This document shows, piece by piece, positions 1 to 11,098 of a stretch of DNA of 64,000 nucleotides (within the stretch, counting starts at the first letter, position 1; each line of letters starts with the position of its first letter). The stretch covers positions 32,001 to 96,000 of the forward strand of contig CBDCWP010000038.1 in assembly GCA_965223505.1 (NCBI GenBank). The letters run 5' to 3'. Under the pieces are notes generated by a model. The model worked only from the letters and a program-made list of their open reading frames with translations, did not search any database and was not told the origin of the DNA. The position numbers were made by a program, and so were the translations under genes. This stretch comes from Planctomycetota bacterium. Lineage in GTDB: Bacteria; Planctomycetota; PLA2; JAEUHO01.

Positions 1-169
1 CCGGGGGACACGCCCGTGGAGGGGAACGCGCCCCGGGAGGGCCGCTCGCGGTGCGGCGGGCCGCGAGAAAGCTTGGTGCGCGGCCCGTTCGCGTTCTAAC
101 GTGCCGGATTCTGTGCCGGGTCCTGCGCAAGAACGCGCTCGATCGGGATCCGCACGTGGAGTTCAAGCC

Positions 170-2322
<2,153 letters not shown>

Positions 2323-2329
<7 letters not shown>

Positions 2330-2349
2330 GCGGCTGCGCCGCCTACTTC
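2323..2349 (+). terminator. Perfect 12-bp hairpin overlapping the fusA stop codon (possible terminator or stability hairpin)
   Basis: gaagtaggcggc-tgc-gccgcctacttc is a perfect inverted repeat. No U-tract follows it. Confidence 0.45.
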
Positions 2350-2350
2350 C

Positions 2351-2404
2351 GTAGGGGCAGCCCTTGTGGCTGCCCAATTGGGCGACCACGAGAGTCGCCC
2401 CTAC
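2351..2404. repeat. GTAG-type REP doublet (REPIN-like)
   Basis: gtaggggcagcccttgtggctgccc-aatt-gggcgaccacgagagtcgcccctac: two inverted palindromic units, starting GTAG and ending CTAC. Confidence 0.7.
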
Positions 2405-2519
2405 ATTCAGAGGCCGGCCGGTGGGCCCCCCCGATCCCGGTCCCGCTCGGGGTCCCGGTCGCGCCGGATACCCGTGTTCGCCCGCACGCGCCCGACCCCT
2501 CTCCGGTCACGCCCGATAC

Positions 2520-2629
2520 CGTGCCAGGCTGGCGATTGTCTCGTTTTCGAGTCCACCGACACCGACCAGCCTCCAGAACCGTCCTTCACGAGCCCCCAAC
2601 GCGAAAACGCAACAATCGAGCCAGGCACG
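2520..2629. repeat. Imperfect ~28-bp inverted repeat (long hairpin, MITE-like)
   Basis: cgtgccaggctggcgattgtctcgttttcg (2520-2549) pairs with cgaaaacgcaacaatcgagccaggcacg (2602-2629). Confidence 0.55.
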
Positions 2630-2656
2630 TTCGTTCCCCGGCATGCCCCCCTCGAC

Positions 2657-2870
2657 TGGCGGGTCGCTGGGGCGAAGGCGCCGCAAAGTGACGGAGGACG
2701 CCGCGTGGTCTGCCACGCAAGGACGACGGCACGAAGCGCCGCCGAGCATCCAGCGATCCGCCACTGCCACGCAAGGACGACGGCACGAAGCGCCGCCGAG
2801 CATCCAGCGATCCGCCACTGCCACGCAAGGACGACGGCACGAAGCGCCGCCGAGCACCCAGCGGCCCGCC
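2657..2870. repeat. Hairpin element followed by a 54-bp tandem repeat (about 3 copies) of its right half
   Basis: Unit tgccacgcaaggacgacggcacgaagcgccgccgagcatccagcgatccgccac at 2711 and 2765, with a degenerate copy at 2819. Outer stem tggcgggtcgctgg/ccagcgatccgcca. Confidence 0.85.
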
Positions 2871-4819
2871 TACATGATGTTGAAGAGTTGCTGGAGACTC
2901 GCACTGCGTGCCGGATAGTTCGCGCCGGCCGTCAATCGCGCCCGGCTCTCGACCGGCTCCGGATCACAGATCAACCCCAACGCCACCACCGCCATCGAAC
3001 GCAAGTACGTGTTGCGCCCGTCGTCTTCCGCCAGCTCGATCAACGATGGCACCGTGCGCGCGTCGCGTAACCGCCCCAGACCCGCCGCAATCGCCGCCTG
3101 GCCGCCCAACGACCGCGTCAGCCGCAGCTGACGCTCCAACGTCTCCGCCGTGCCGTCCACACCGAGCATCGCCAGCGCCTTCACGGCCCCCAGGAACACG
3201 GCGCCCGAAAGACGCTCGTCCAACAGCCGGCGCAGCGCGTTCACGATGTTCTCGCGCGGCTTGCCCATCAGCCCCAGTCCCAGCGCGCAGTGCGACCGCA
3301 GCACGCCGCTCGACCCGCGGTGCTGCGCGATCTCCAGCATGTCCTTCATCGGTACCTCGCTCCGCGTCAGACCCAACGCGGCGGCGTAGGCGCCGACGTC
3401 CTCGTCCGGCCCGCGTCCGCGCGTGAGCCCCTTGTGCAGCAGCTTCACCGACGCGCGCTGGAACTCGATCGCCTCGCGACCGAACGGCCTCACGTCGCGG
3501 CAGGCCAGTCCCAGCGCAATCGACGCGTACGGACGCAGCCGGGTCGACCCCTTGTAGGCCTCGTTTTGCAGGAACCTCGCCGCCCTCGATCCCACCAGCA
3601 CCAAGGTCGACTCGGCGCGTAGGTCCGCGCCCAGCAGCTGGCCCATCGCGATCAGCGTGAGGCCGCGCGCGGTCACGTTCGGCTCCTTCTTGATCGACGC
3701 CTGCAGCGCGTCGATCGCCGCGAGCCGCGCGGCCGGCACCATGCGCTCCGCGCGCTCCCCGAGCGCGATCGCCGCCGCGCCGCGCACCGCGACGTGTTCG
3801 CGCGACTTGCCGAGCACGTGGAACAGCGTCGTGTTGCAGTTGGGTCCGCGCTCCAGCCGCGCCAACGCCGTCAACGCGTGCGAGCGCTGGAAGCCGTCCC
3901 AGCGCCGCCCCATCGACGACTTGCGCACGATGATCTGTCGCAGCGCGTGGCGCACACCCTGCGGAACGCCCTCTTGCGGTTGCATGCTCATTGCCGTGAG
4001 CAACGCGATGCGCAGATCCGCGGCTGGGAACTTCTGATACATGCGCCGCCACAACGAGCGCGTCATCTGCCGTCCGTGCCGCTCGGCCGGCACGTCTCGA
4101 TAGGGCTGATCCGAGAGCAGGGCGATGGCGTACATCGAGAACGCGCGCACGCGCGTCGACGCCTTCTTGTCGTCGAACGTACCCAGCAGGAACGAACGCA
4201 GATCGTCGAGCACCCCCTGCGGCAGGCGCTCCGCCGGATCCGTGCGCCGCATCAATCCGAGCCCGAGCACGGCCGACTCGTGCACCTCGAGCGGTTGCGT
4301 CTTGTCGAGCACGAAGCGCTTCAGAAGCCGCACCGCCATCTCGTCGCCGGTCGAAACGCGGCCGATGGCGATGAGCGCCGTCGCGACGAGGCCCGGGTCG
4401 CTGCGCTCGAGCGGATCCACGATGCGCAGGAGCAACGGGAGAACCTCTTTCGAGACGATCCGCTGTCGCAGCAGCTCGGCCTCGCCGAGGCTGCCCGGCC
4501 CAGGCCGCCCGAGATCAAAGAGCCCCTCCGACGTGTTGGTCGTGGTCGTGCGCGCCGTGCGCTCGGGCAAGAGCGCCGCGGCATTCAACATCCACCAGGC
4601 TTGCCAGCCGTCGTCGAGCCAAAAGAGGTTGCCGTTGCCGCGCCCCCGGTTCGGCGATCCGGGACCGGTCGTCACGGGCGTGGGCACGCCCGGGGCAGGC
4701 GGCCCGGCGCCGTTGCCCGGCGCCACCGGGTTCCCGCCCTTGAAGTTGCCGCCGTGCGCCCACGCACTCGCCGTGAACACGGCGCTCAACGCGACGACAC
4801 TCAGCAACACGCGAACCAT
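2870..4819 (-). CDS. Exported HEAT-repeat protein
   Basis: Signal peptide ending AWA|HGG, Pro/Gly linker, WQAWWMLN motif and many A/L-rich helical repeats (AAIALG, ALGLG). ATG 4819 overlaps the upstream TGA. Confidence 0.75.
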   Translation of the reverse strand: MVRVLLSVVALSAVFTASAWAHGGNFKGGNPVAPGNGAGPPAPGVPTPVTTGPGSPNRGRGNGNLFWLDDGWQAWWMLNAAALLPERTARTTTTNTSEGLFDLGRPGPGSLGEAELLRQRIVSKEVLPLLLRIVDPLERSDPGLVATALIAIGRVSTGDEMAVRLLKRFVLDKTQPLEVHESAVLGLGLMRRTDPAERLPQGVLDDLRSFLLGTFDDKKASTRVRAFSMYAIALLSDQPYRDVPAERHGRQMTRSLWRRMYQKFPAADLRIALLTAMSMQPQEGVPQGVRHALRQIIVRKSSMGRRWDGFQRSHALTALARLERGPNCNTTLFHVLGKSREHVAVRGAAAIALGERAERMVPAARLAAIDALQASIKKEPNVTARGLTLIAMGQLLGADLRAESTLVLVGSRAARFLQNEAYKGSTRLRPYASIALGLACRDVRPFGREAIEFQRASVKLLHKGLTRGRGPDEDVGAYAAALGLTRSEVPMKDMLEIAQHRGSSGVLRSHCALGLGLMGKPRENIVNALRRLLDERLSGAVFLGAVKALAMLGVDGTAETLERQLRLTRSLGGQAAIAAGLGRLRDARTVPSLIELAEDDGRNTYLRSMAVVALGLICDPEPVESRARLTAGANYPARSASLQQLFNIM

Positions 4820-6831
4820 CACAGAATCGTAAACGCCTCCCGTAACGCCGCGTTGGGCAACGCGTAGTTGGCCGGCAACATGATGCGCAGCAGACTGGGT
4901 CGAAGCTCCGGATCGACGAGCCGCCCGAGCGACACGACGGCCATTGCTTGCACGACCTCGCGCACGTCGCTTCGACGCGCGAGCGCGCACAACGGGTTCA
5001 CCGCTTCCAGATCGCCGAGGTTGCCGAGCGCCGTCGTGAGCTGAGCCAGCTTGGACACCGACTCGGTCTCGACGAGCTCGTCCGTCAACCGTTGCGCGAC
5101 ACCCGATCGGCCCAGGAGACCCAGCGCCAGCGCGCTGCGGCCCTGGAGCGCCGGCGACTTCGCGGCTGCGAGCCCGACGTCCAACGCCGTGAAGACGTCC
5201 TTGCTGCGGATCCCGATCTGGCCCAACGCCAGAGCGGCATGTCCGCGCAGCTCTCCGATCGCGTCGGGCTTGCGCACGACCGGCACGAGGGCCGTCGTCG
5301 CCCCGGGCAACCCCATCAATCCCAGCGCGACGGCCGCCGCGCCGCGCGCCGACGCGGTTGCGGTCTTCGCGCGAAACGCGTCGAGCAGGTACAGCTGGGC
5401 GCGATCACGGAACGCGATGCCCTCGCCGACGCTGCCGCCGTGGTGCGCGGCCAACGCCAGCGCGATCAACCCGAAGCCACGCTCGTACCACTTGCCCTTG
5501 CGCGCGCGTTGCTCGATGACGGCGCGCGCCTGGGTCGCCTCGAGCACGCGCGTGCTGCCCCCGGCCAGATCCGCGCCCAGGATCCGGCCGAGCGCGATCG
5601 CGCGCAGGCCGCCGACGAGCATGCTCTCGTCGCCCTTCGGCGCGCGCGCGAGCGCGCTTGCGAGCACGACGCGCTCGCCCGCGCCCCACTGTTCGACGAA
5701 CGTGCCGATGGCGAGCAGCGCCGAGACGCGCAGCTCGTCCTGGGTGCGGGGATTGGAGAGCACGCGCAGGATCATTGCGCGCGCGGCGGGACCGCCCTGG
5801 CGCGCGACCGCCGTCAGCGCGTGCGCCCGCTCGACCAGGTCCCACTTGCGGCCCTGGACCTTTTCGCCCGCGACGATACCGCGCAGTCCCTCGCGTACGC
5901 CCTCGGGGATGCCCGCGCGCGGCTGCAAGCCCAACGCGGTGATCAACGCGATACGCAGGCTGCGCTTCGGATAGACGTTGCCCAGCCGCTGCCAGATCAG
6001 CTGCGACAGCAGACGGCCGTCCTTGGCACGCACGTGGTCCTGGAACGGCTGATCCCCGAGCAGTCCGATCGCGTACATCGCGAAGATCCGCGTGCGCTCC
6101 GGGACGCGCAAGTGTTCCGCGCCCGCCCGTGTGTCGAACGCGTACAGCAGGCGCTGGCGCACCTTCTCGATGCGTAACGCCTGGAGCTGCTGCGCGGGGT
6201 CGGTTCTTCGCAACAGCCCGAGGCCGAGCGCGGCGGACTCGCGCACGATGCCGGGGGCGCTCTCGTCTTCCATCCAGTGCAGCAGCAGGTCGATCGAACC
6301 GGGATCGCTCGTGATCTTGCCCAGTGCGATGCATGCCGATGCGCGCACGTCAGCGCGGTACTTCGACTGCGGATCGAGGATTTCACGCAGCAGCGGCTCG
6401 ACGCGGTCCGTGGCGAGCTTTGCGCGATCCGCGTTCCATTCGGTCAGGTCACCGGGGGTGATCCAGCGTTGGCGCACCATGCGACGGTCAGGCAACGCGT
6501 GCGGCCGGTTCAGCTCCCACCAGAACTCCCAGGTGTCTTCGAAGCTCGGCGTGATCTCGCGCGGCTTGCGGCGCCCGACCCGGCCGCCGGTGAGGCCGCC
6601 GCGCCCGGGTGTCGTGATCGGACCGCCGAATCCGGGATCGACGTGTCCCGGGGTCTCGCCGGGCTTGGCACCGGGAGGGCCGCCGGGACCGCTCTCGGGA
6701 GGCGGCGGGACGAAGACGCCGCCGTGGGCGTGGGCAGGCGCGGGGTTCGCGCCACAGATCAGCGCCGCGGCCAGCGTGCAGGCGCCCCAGCGGGCCATCG
6801 CAGCCGGAAGCGAACGCCGGTGCACCGTCAA
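4819..6831 (-). CDS. Exported HEAT-repeat protein, paralogue of 2870-4819
   Basis: AHA|HGG, WEFWWELN and ESAALGLGLLRRTDPA, versus ESAVLGLGLMRRTDPA in the neighbour. GGAGG lies 7 nt before TTG 6831. Confidence 0.75.
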   Translation of the reverse strand: MTVHRRSLPAAMARWGACTLAAALICGANPAPAHAHGGVFVPPPPESGPGGPPGAKPGETPGHVDPGFGGPITTPGRGGLTGGRVGRRKPREITPSFEDTWEFWWELNRPHALPDRRMVRQRWITPGDLTEWNADRAKLATDRVEPLLREILDPQSKYRADVRASACIALGKITSDPGSIDLLLHWMEDESAPGIVRESAALGLGLLRRTDPAQQLQALRIEKVRQRLLYAFDTRAGAEHLRVPERTRIFAMYAIGLLGDQPFQDHVRAKDGRLLSQLIWQRLGNVYPKRSLRIALITALGLQPRAGIPEGVREGLRGIVAGEKVQGRKWDLVERAHALTAVARQGGPAARAMILRVLSNPRTQDELRVSALLAIGTFVEQWGAGERVVLASALARAPKGDESMLVGGLRAIALGRILGADLAGGSTRVLEATQARAVIEQRARKGKWYERGFGLIALALAAHHGGSVGEGIAFRDRAQLYLLDAFRAKTATASARGAAAVALGLMGLPGATTALVPVVRKPDAIGELRGHAALALGQIGIRSKDVFTALDVGLAAAKSPALQGRSALALGLLGRSGVAQRLTDELVETESVSKLAQLTTALGNLGDLEAVNPLCALARRSDVREVVQAMAVVSLGRLVDPELRPSLLRIMLPANYALPNAALREAFTIL

Positions 6832-6906
6832 ACGGCAGCCTCCCCAGGACCTGTCAAGCAGGCCCCTCGACCATGAGAACGCCGTCGGGAGCCTGCTTGC
6901 AGCAGG

Positions 6907-9900
6907 CTATCGGTTGTTGGCCGGCTCGCTGGCCGCGTTGGTGTCGACGCCCCACTCGAGCAGCTCGGACACGACCTTGCCGTCGCGCTCGCGCTTCACG
7001 AGCCCGTTCACGGGGATCTCGCCGCAGATCCAGCGCTTGCTCACGGTGCCGCGCCGGCTCTTGAACGTGATCACGTGGCAGTCGAGCGACTTGCCGCCGA
7101 TTTCGATCGTCTCCTTGGAAACGGTCGTGTCGCCGCGGCCCTTGCCGCGCAGCGGCATCGTCTTGCGACGCTTGTGCTTCACGACGTTGCCGCGAATCAC
7201 GGTGTCGCCGTGAAGGATCTCGCTCTTGATGTGCACCTCGTCGGCCGTCACGGCGACCACGCGCAGCGTGCTGACCGTCTCCTGCCCTTGCACCACGTTT
7301 CGCATCTTGATCCACTCGCCGACCTTGGCGTCGCGAAGCGGGTGCGGAATGCCGGTCGTCTCGTCGTCGGTAGACGGTGTCGCGGCCGACGGCCCGGGCA
7401 CGGGCTTGTCGGTGACCGGCTTGTCGGTCATCGGCCTGTCGTCGGTTGCCGGTTGCTCGTCGGTGGCGGGCTTCTCGCTGTCCTTCACCTCTTCGACGCC
7501 CCACTCGAGCGCCTCGAGCAGCGTGGCCTCGCCGAGCTTGACCCGCCAAACGCCCAGCGCCGGAACAGCGTTGGTGACGTGCATCTCGAGCTGACCGCCG
7601 CCGAAGTCCACGAACACCTTCGCGACGTCGACGTTGTCACCCTTCACGTCCTGCTTGGACGTCGAGTGCTCACCGACGGGACCAAGCGCCGTCAGCGACT
7701 CGAGGAGACCCGTGTTCGGCCACGCCTCCGGCAGCGGAATGTTGAGCGGCGGGCCCTCTTCGACCTCGAACGGCGCGATCACGTTGCCGTCGACGATGTC
7801 GACGACCTTCACCTTGAGGATGATCTTCGCCTGGTCCTGCATGCCGGGCATCGTGAAGCGGTAGCGCACCCACTCGCCCTTTTTGACGTCGGCCAGCGGG
7901 TCCATGGCGCCGGCCGTCCGCTTCGCCGCGTCGCCGTCCTTGGGCGGCGTCGGCTGCGGCGTCGTGGGCTTCTTGGGCTCGTCCGCCTTCGGCGTCGCCT
8001 TGGGTGTCGTCGGCTGCTTCGGCGTCGTGGGCTTCTTCGCCTTCTGCTCGGCCTTGTACGCCTTGATGTCGGCCTTGAGCACCTCGATCGCCTTGAGCAG
8101 CTGGGGATCGCGGTTCGCGCGGCGATCCGCCGCGGTCTCTTCGACGTGGACGTGCGGCTTGACGCCGTGCCCCTCGAGGTTGGTGTCATCCAGGCCGAAG
8201 TACCCGACGTGCGGGATCCGGAACGTCGTGCCGTCCGACAGCGTGATGTCGTTCGTCCCGATCACGCCGCCGGGCGTCGGCACGCCGACGACCTTGCCGA
8301 GCTCCATGGCCTTGAAGCACCACGGGAACACCTCGGCGTCCGAAAACGAACGCTCGTTGATGAGCACGACGACCGGCCGGCCCCAGTACTGGTCGAGGTT
8401 CGGCTGCGGCAGCGTGCGGCCGCGCATCGCGCGAGGGCGCACCTTGGCGAACGGACGGGCGCTCAGGATCTGGATGAGCTGCTGGTGGATGTTGCCGCCG
8501 CCGTTGTTGCGTACGTCCAGCACCATGCCGTCGATCGGCGGCCGGCCGCGGCGCTGCTGGTTCCACGACGCGACGGCGTTGCGGAACTTCTGGAGGTTCT
8601 GCGGGTTCATCGCGCTCAGGTGGATGTAGCCGACGCGGCCGCCGGTCTTCTGCCGCACGATGCGCGCGTTGCGACGCAGCCAGGCCTGGCCCTTGAGATT
8701 CGCGATCGCGCCTGCGCCCACCGGCTCCAGCGTGTCCACCGCGCGCTCGTCGCCCAGTCCCTCCTCCGAGATCGGGCGGTAGCGCACGAGGATCTTCTTG
8801 CCGGCGGTGCCGGCGAGAAGGCGATCGATGTCGGTGTCGGCCTTGATGCGGGTCTTGTTGAGCACGACGACCTCGTCACCGACGCGCAAGCCCACCTTGT
8901 CGGCGGGGCCGCCGCGCAGCACCGAGGCGATCTTGCGCCCGCCGCTCTGGCCGGGCTTCTCGGCGAATTCGAGCCCGAGGTAGCCGGTCGGCGTCGCGCG
9001 CGCCGCGACGGCGTTCGACGTCTTGGTGCCGCCGCGAATGCCGAGGTGGCTCGCGTTGAGCTCGGCGAGCATCTGTCGGATGACGTTCTGGAACTCGTCC
9101 TTGCTCTCCGCGTCGATGGCCATGTCGCGGTACTTCGTCTTCATCGCGTCCCAGTTGACGCCGTGCATCTTCGGGTCGTAGAAGCCCTCCTTGAGGCGGC
9201 CCCAAGCCTCGTCGAAGAGGTTCGCGAGCTCGTTGCGCAGGTCGACCTCGATCGTGCCGATGAAGGAGATCTTCTCGCGGTTCTCGATGCCGCTCGGCGC
9301 CGGAACGCGATAGATCTCCTCGCGCCCGCGCGCGCCCGCCGCGTAGTAGATGAAGTCCCCGCGCGGGCTCCAGCACGCCGCGGACCCGTTGCGAGCGATC
9401 TGCATCGACGGTCCGCCGTTGACGCTCGTGACATAGAGACCGCCGGAGCGGCCGCCCGTGGGGTTGAACGACTCGTAGACCAGGAAGCGCCCGTCCGGCG
9501 AGAAGTTCGGCACCTGCAGGAAGCCGCCGCCCGAGGTCACGCGGCGAACGTCCGAGCCGTCCGCGTTCATGACGAAGATCGCCTGGTTGCCGGCGCGCGC
9601 CGAGTCGAACGCGATCAGGCGCCCGTCCGGCGAGAACACCGGATCGTCGTCCGCGGCCGGGTCCTTCGTGAGCTGCGTCGTCTTCTTCGTCTTGACGTCG
9701 ATCGTCCAGATGTCGCGGTTGCCGCTGCGCTCCGAGCAGAAGACGAGCTTCGTGCCGTCGGGCGACCACGCGTGGAAGAAGTCGCCCTTCTCGTGCTTGG
9801 TGATCTGCTCGATCTTGCCCGTCTTCAGGTCGATCGTGAAGATGCAGCTGCCCTTCGCGCGATCCGACTGGAATGCGACCTTGGTGCCGTCCGGGCTGAA

Positions 9901-10995
9901 GCGCGGCCACTCGTCCTTGTGGATGCCCGTCGTCAGACGCGCGGCGTTGCCGCCGTTGGCGGGCATGGTCCACAGATCGCCGTGCACGCTGAAGACGAGC
10001 CGTCCGTCCTTCGAAACGTGCACCTGCTGGGTGCCCGAGTTGATCGTGCGCTTGGCGATCCCGCTGTGGCGCACGTCGCTCAGGATCGTGAGCTTGATCG
10101 GGTTCGCGGGCGCGTCCTTGGCCGTGACGTCCGTGTGGAAGAGCTTGCCGCCGCGCTCGAACACGACGCGCTTGCCGTCCGGCGACGGGTCGGGGCGGTG
10201 CACGTCCAGCCCGGTGTACTTGCTGATCTGCGTGCGCTCGCCGCCGGCCGCGGGGATGCTGTAGAAGTTCGCGACGCCCTTCTCCTCGGCGACGTAGTAG
10301 ATCGTCTTGCCGTCCTTGGAGAACCACGGGTAGCGCTCGTTGCCGTCGGTCTTGGTGACGCGCTTCGGGTCGGCGTCGGGGTCGCCGACGGGCATCGTGT
10401 AGATGTCGTAGTTGCCCGAGCCCTCGTAGTTGTCCTGGTAGATCGTGTTGGTGCCGTTCACGTAGACGATGTGCTTGCCGTCGGACGAGTACGCGACGTC
10501 GCGCACGTTGCCGTCGCGCGTGAGGCGGCGGACGCTGCCGCCCGTGACCGGAACCTCGAACGCGTTGAGACCGGGCGTGCCGGCGTCGCGGTTGGAGACG
10601 AACAGCAGCCGCTTCCCGTCGGGCGACCACTCGCACATGATCTCGATACCGCTGTGGAACGTGACGCGCTTCGGCACGCCGCCGTCGACGCCGACGACGA
10701 AGAGGTCGTAGCCGCCGTTGCGCTGGGACGAGAAGGCGATGTGCTTCCCGTCGGGACTGATGCGCGGCAGCGTGTCCTGCGCCTCGTGGATCGTGAGCCG
10801 GTCGGCGTGCTTGCCGTCGGTCTTCGCGACCCAGATGTCGCCGCGGTAGGCGAACGCGACGGTCTTGCCGTCGGGCGTCAGCGAGGGGTAGCGCAGACCG
10901 CGCGTCTCCTTGTCGGCGGCGGAGGCGTCGCCGGCCGAGACGGCGAGCAGCGCAACGAGAGCGGCGAGCGAGAGGAAGGAACCGAGTCGCAGCAT
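6907..10995 (-). CDS. Tricorn-like S41 protease (PD40 beta-propellers, PDZ, S41 domain) with a C-terminal extension
   Basis: Signal peptide; many PxxSPDGK repeats; YDPKMHGVNW, GYIHL, LDVRNNGGG, SFSDAE, GVKPHVHVE and DPQL. GGAG lies 6 nt before ATG 10995. Confidence 0.85.
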   Translation of the reverse strand: MLRLGSFLSLAALVALLAVSAGDASAADKETRGLRYPSLTPDGKTVAFAYRGDIWVAKTDGKHADRLTIHEAQDTLPRISPDGKHIAFSSQRNGGYDLFVVGVDGGVPKRVTFHSGIEIMCEWSPDGKRLLFVSNRDAGTPGLNAFEVPVTGGSVRRLTRDGNVRDVAYSSDGKHIVYVNGTNTIYQDNYEGSGNYDIYTMPVGDPDADPKRVTKTDGNERYPWFSKDGKTIYYVAEEKGVANFYSIPAAGGERTQISKYTGLDVHRPDPSPDGKRVVFERGGKLFHTDVTAKDAPANPIKLTILSDVRHSGIAKRTINSGTQQVHVSKDGRLVFSVHGDLWTMPANGGNAARLTTGIHKDEWPRFSPDGTKVAFQSDRAKGSCIFTIDLKTGKIEQITKHEKGDFFHAWSPDGTKLVFCSERSGNRDIWTIDVKTKKTTQLTKDPAADDDPVFSPDGRLIAFDSARAGNQAIFVMNADGSDVRRVTSGGGFLQVPNFSPDGRFLVYESFNPTGGRSGGLYVTSVNGGPSMQIARNGSAACWSPRGDFIYYAAGARGREEIYRVPAPSGIENREKISFIGTIEVDLRNELANLFDEAWGRLKEGFYDPKMHGVNWDAMKTKYRDMAIDAESKDEFQNVIRQMLAELNASHLGIRGGTKTSNAVAARATPTGYLGLEFAEKPGQSGGRKIASVLRGGPADKVGLRVGDEVVVLNKTRIKADTDIDRLLAGTAGKKILVRYRPISEEGLGDERAVDTLEPVGAGAIANLKGQAWLRRNARIVRQKTGGRVGYIHLSAMNPQNLQKFRNAVASWNQQRRGRPPIDGMVLDVRNNGGGNIHQQLIQILSARPFAKVRPRAMRGRTLPQPNLDQYWGRPVVVLINERSFSDAEVFPWCFKAMELGKVVGVPTPGGVIGTNDITLSDGTTFRIPHVGYFGLDDTNLEGHGVKPHVHVEETAADRRANRDPQLLKAIEVLKADIKAYKAEQKAKKPTTPKQPTTPKATPKADEPKKPTTPQPTPPKDGDAAKRTAGAMDPLADVKKGEWVRYRFTMPGMQDQAKIILKVKVVDIVDGNVIAPFEVEEGPPLNIPLPEAWPNTGLLESLTALGPVGEHSTSKQDVKGDNVDVAKVFVDFGGGQLEMHVTNAVPALGVWRVKLGEATLLEALEWGVEEVKDSEKPATDEQPATDDRPMTDKPVTDKPVPGPSAATPSTDDETTGIPHPLRDAKVGEWIKMRNVVQGQETVSTLRVVAVTADEVHIKSEILHGDTVIRGNVVKHKRRKTMPLRGKGRGDTTVSKETIEIGGKSLDCHVITFKSRRGTVSKRWICGEIPVNGLVKRERDGKVVSELLEWGVDTNAASEPANNR

Positions 10996-11098
10996 GGAGA
11001 GCTCCAATTGACGGGCAGCCCAACAGGCTAGCAGATCCGCCGCGGCGGGGTGTCCAACGACAGGGCGCTGTTCAGCTCGAAAGACGAAGACCGTGCGA

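Noticed and set aside
2364..3070. Several overlapping ORFs in the fusA downstream region
   Set aside because: They run through palindromes and the 54-bp repeat, have no recognisable motifs and are open in many frames, as expected at high GC.
7075..11031. 1318-aa plus-strand ORF
   Set aside because: Antisense shadow of the tricorn-like gene caused by GC3 bias; no motifs.
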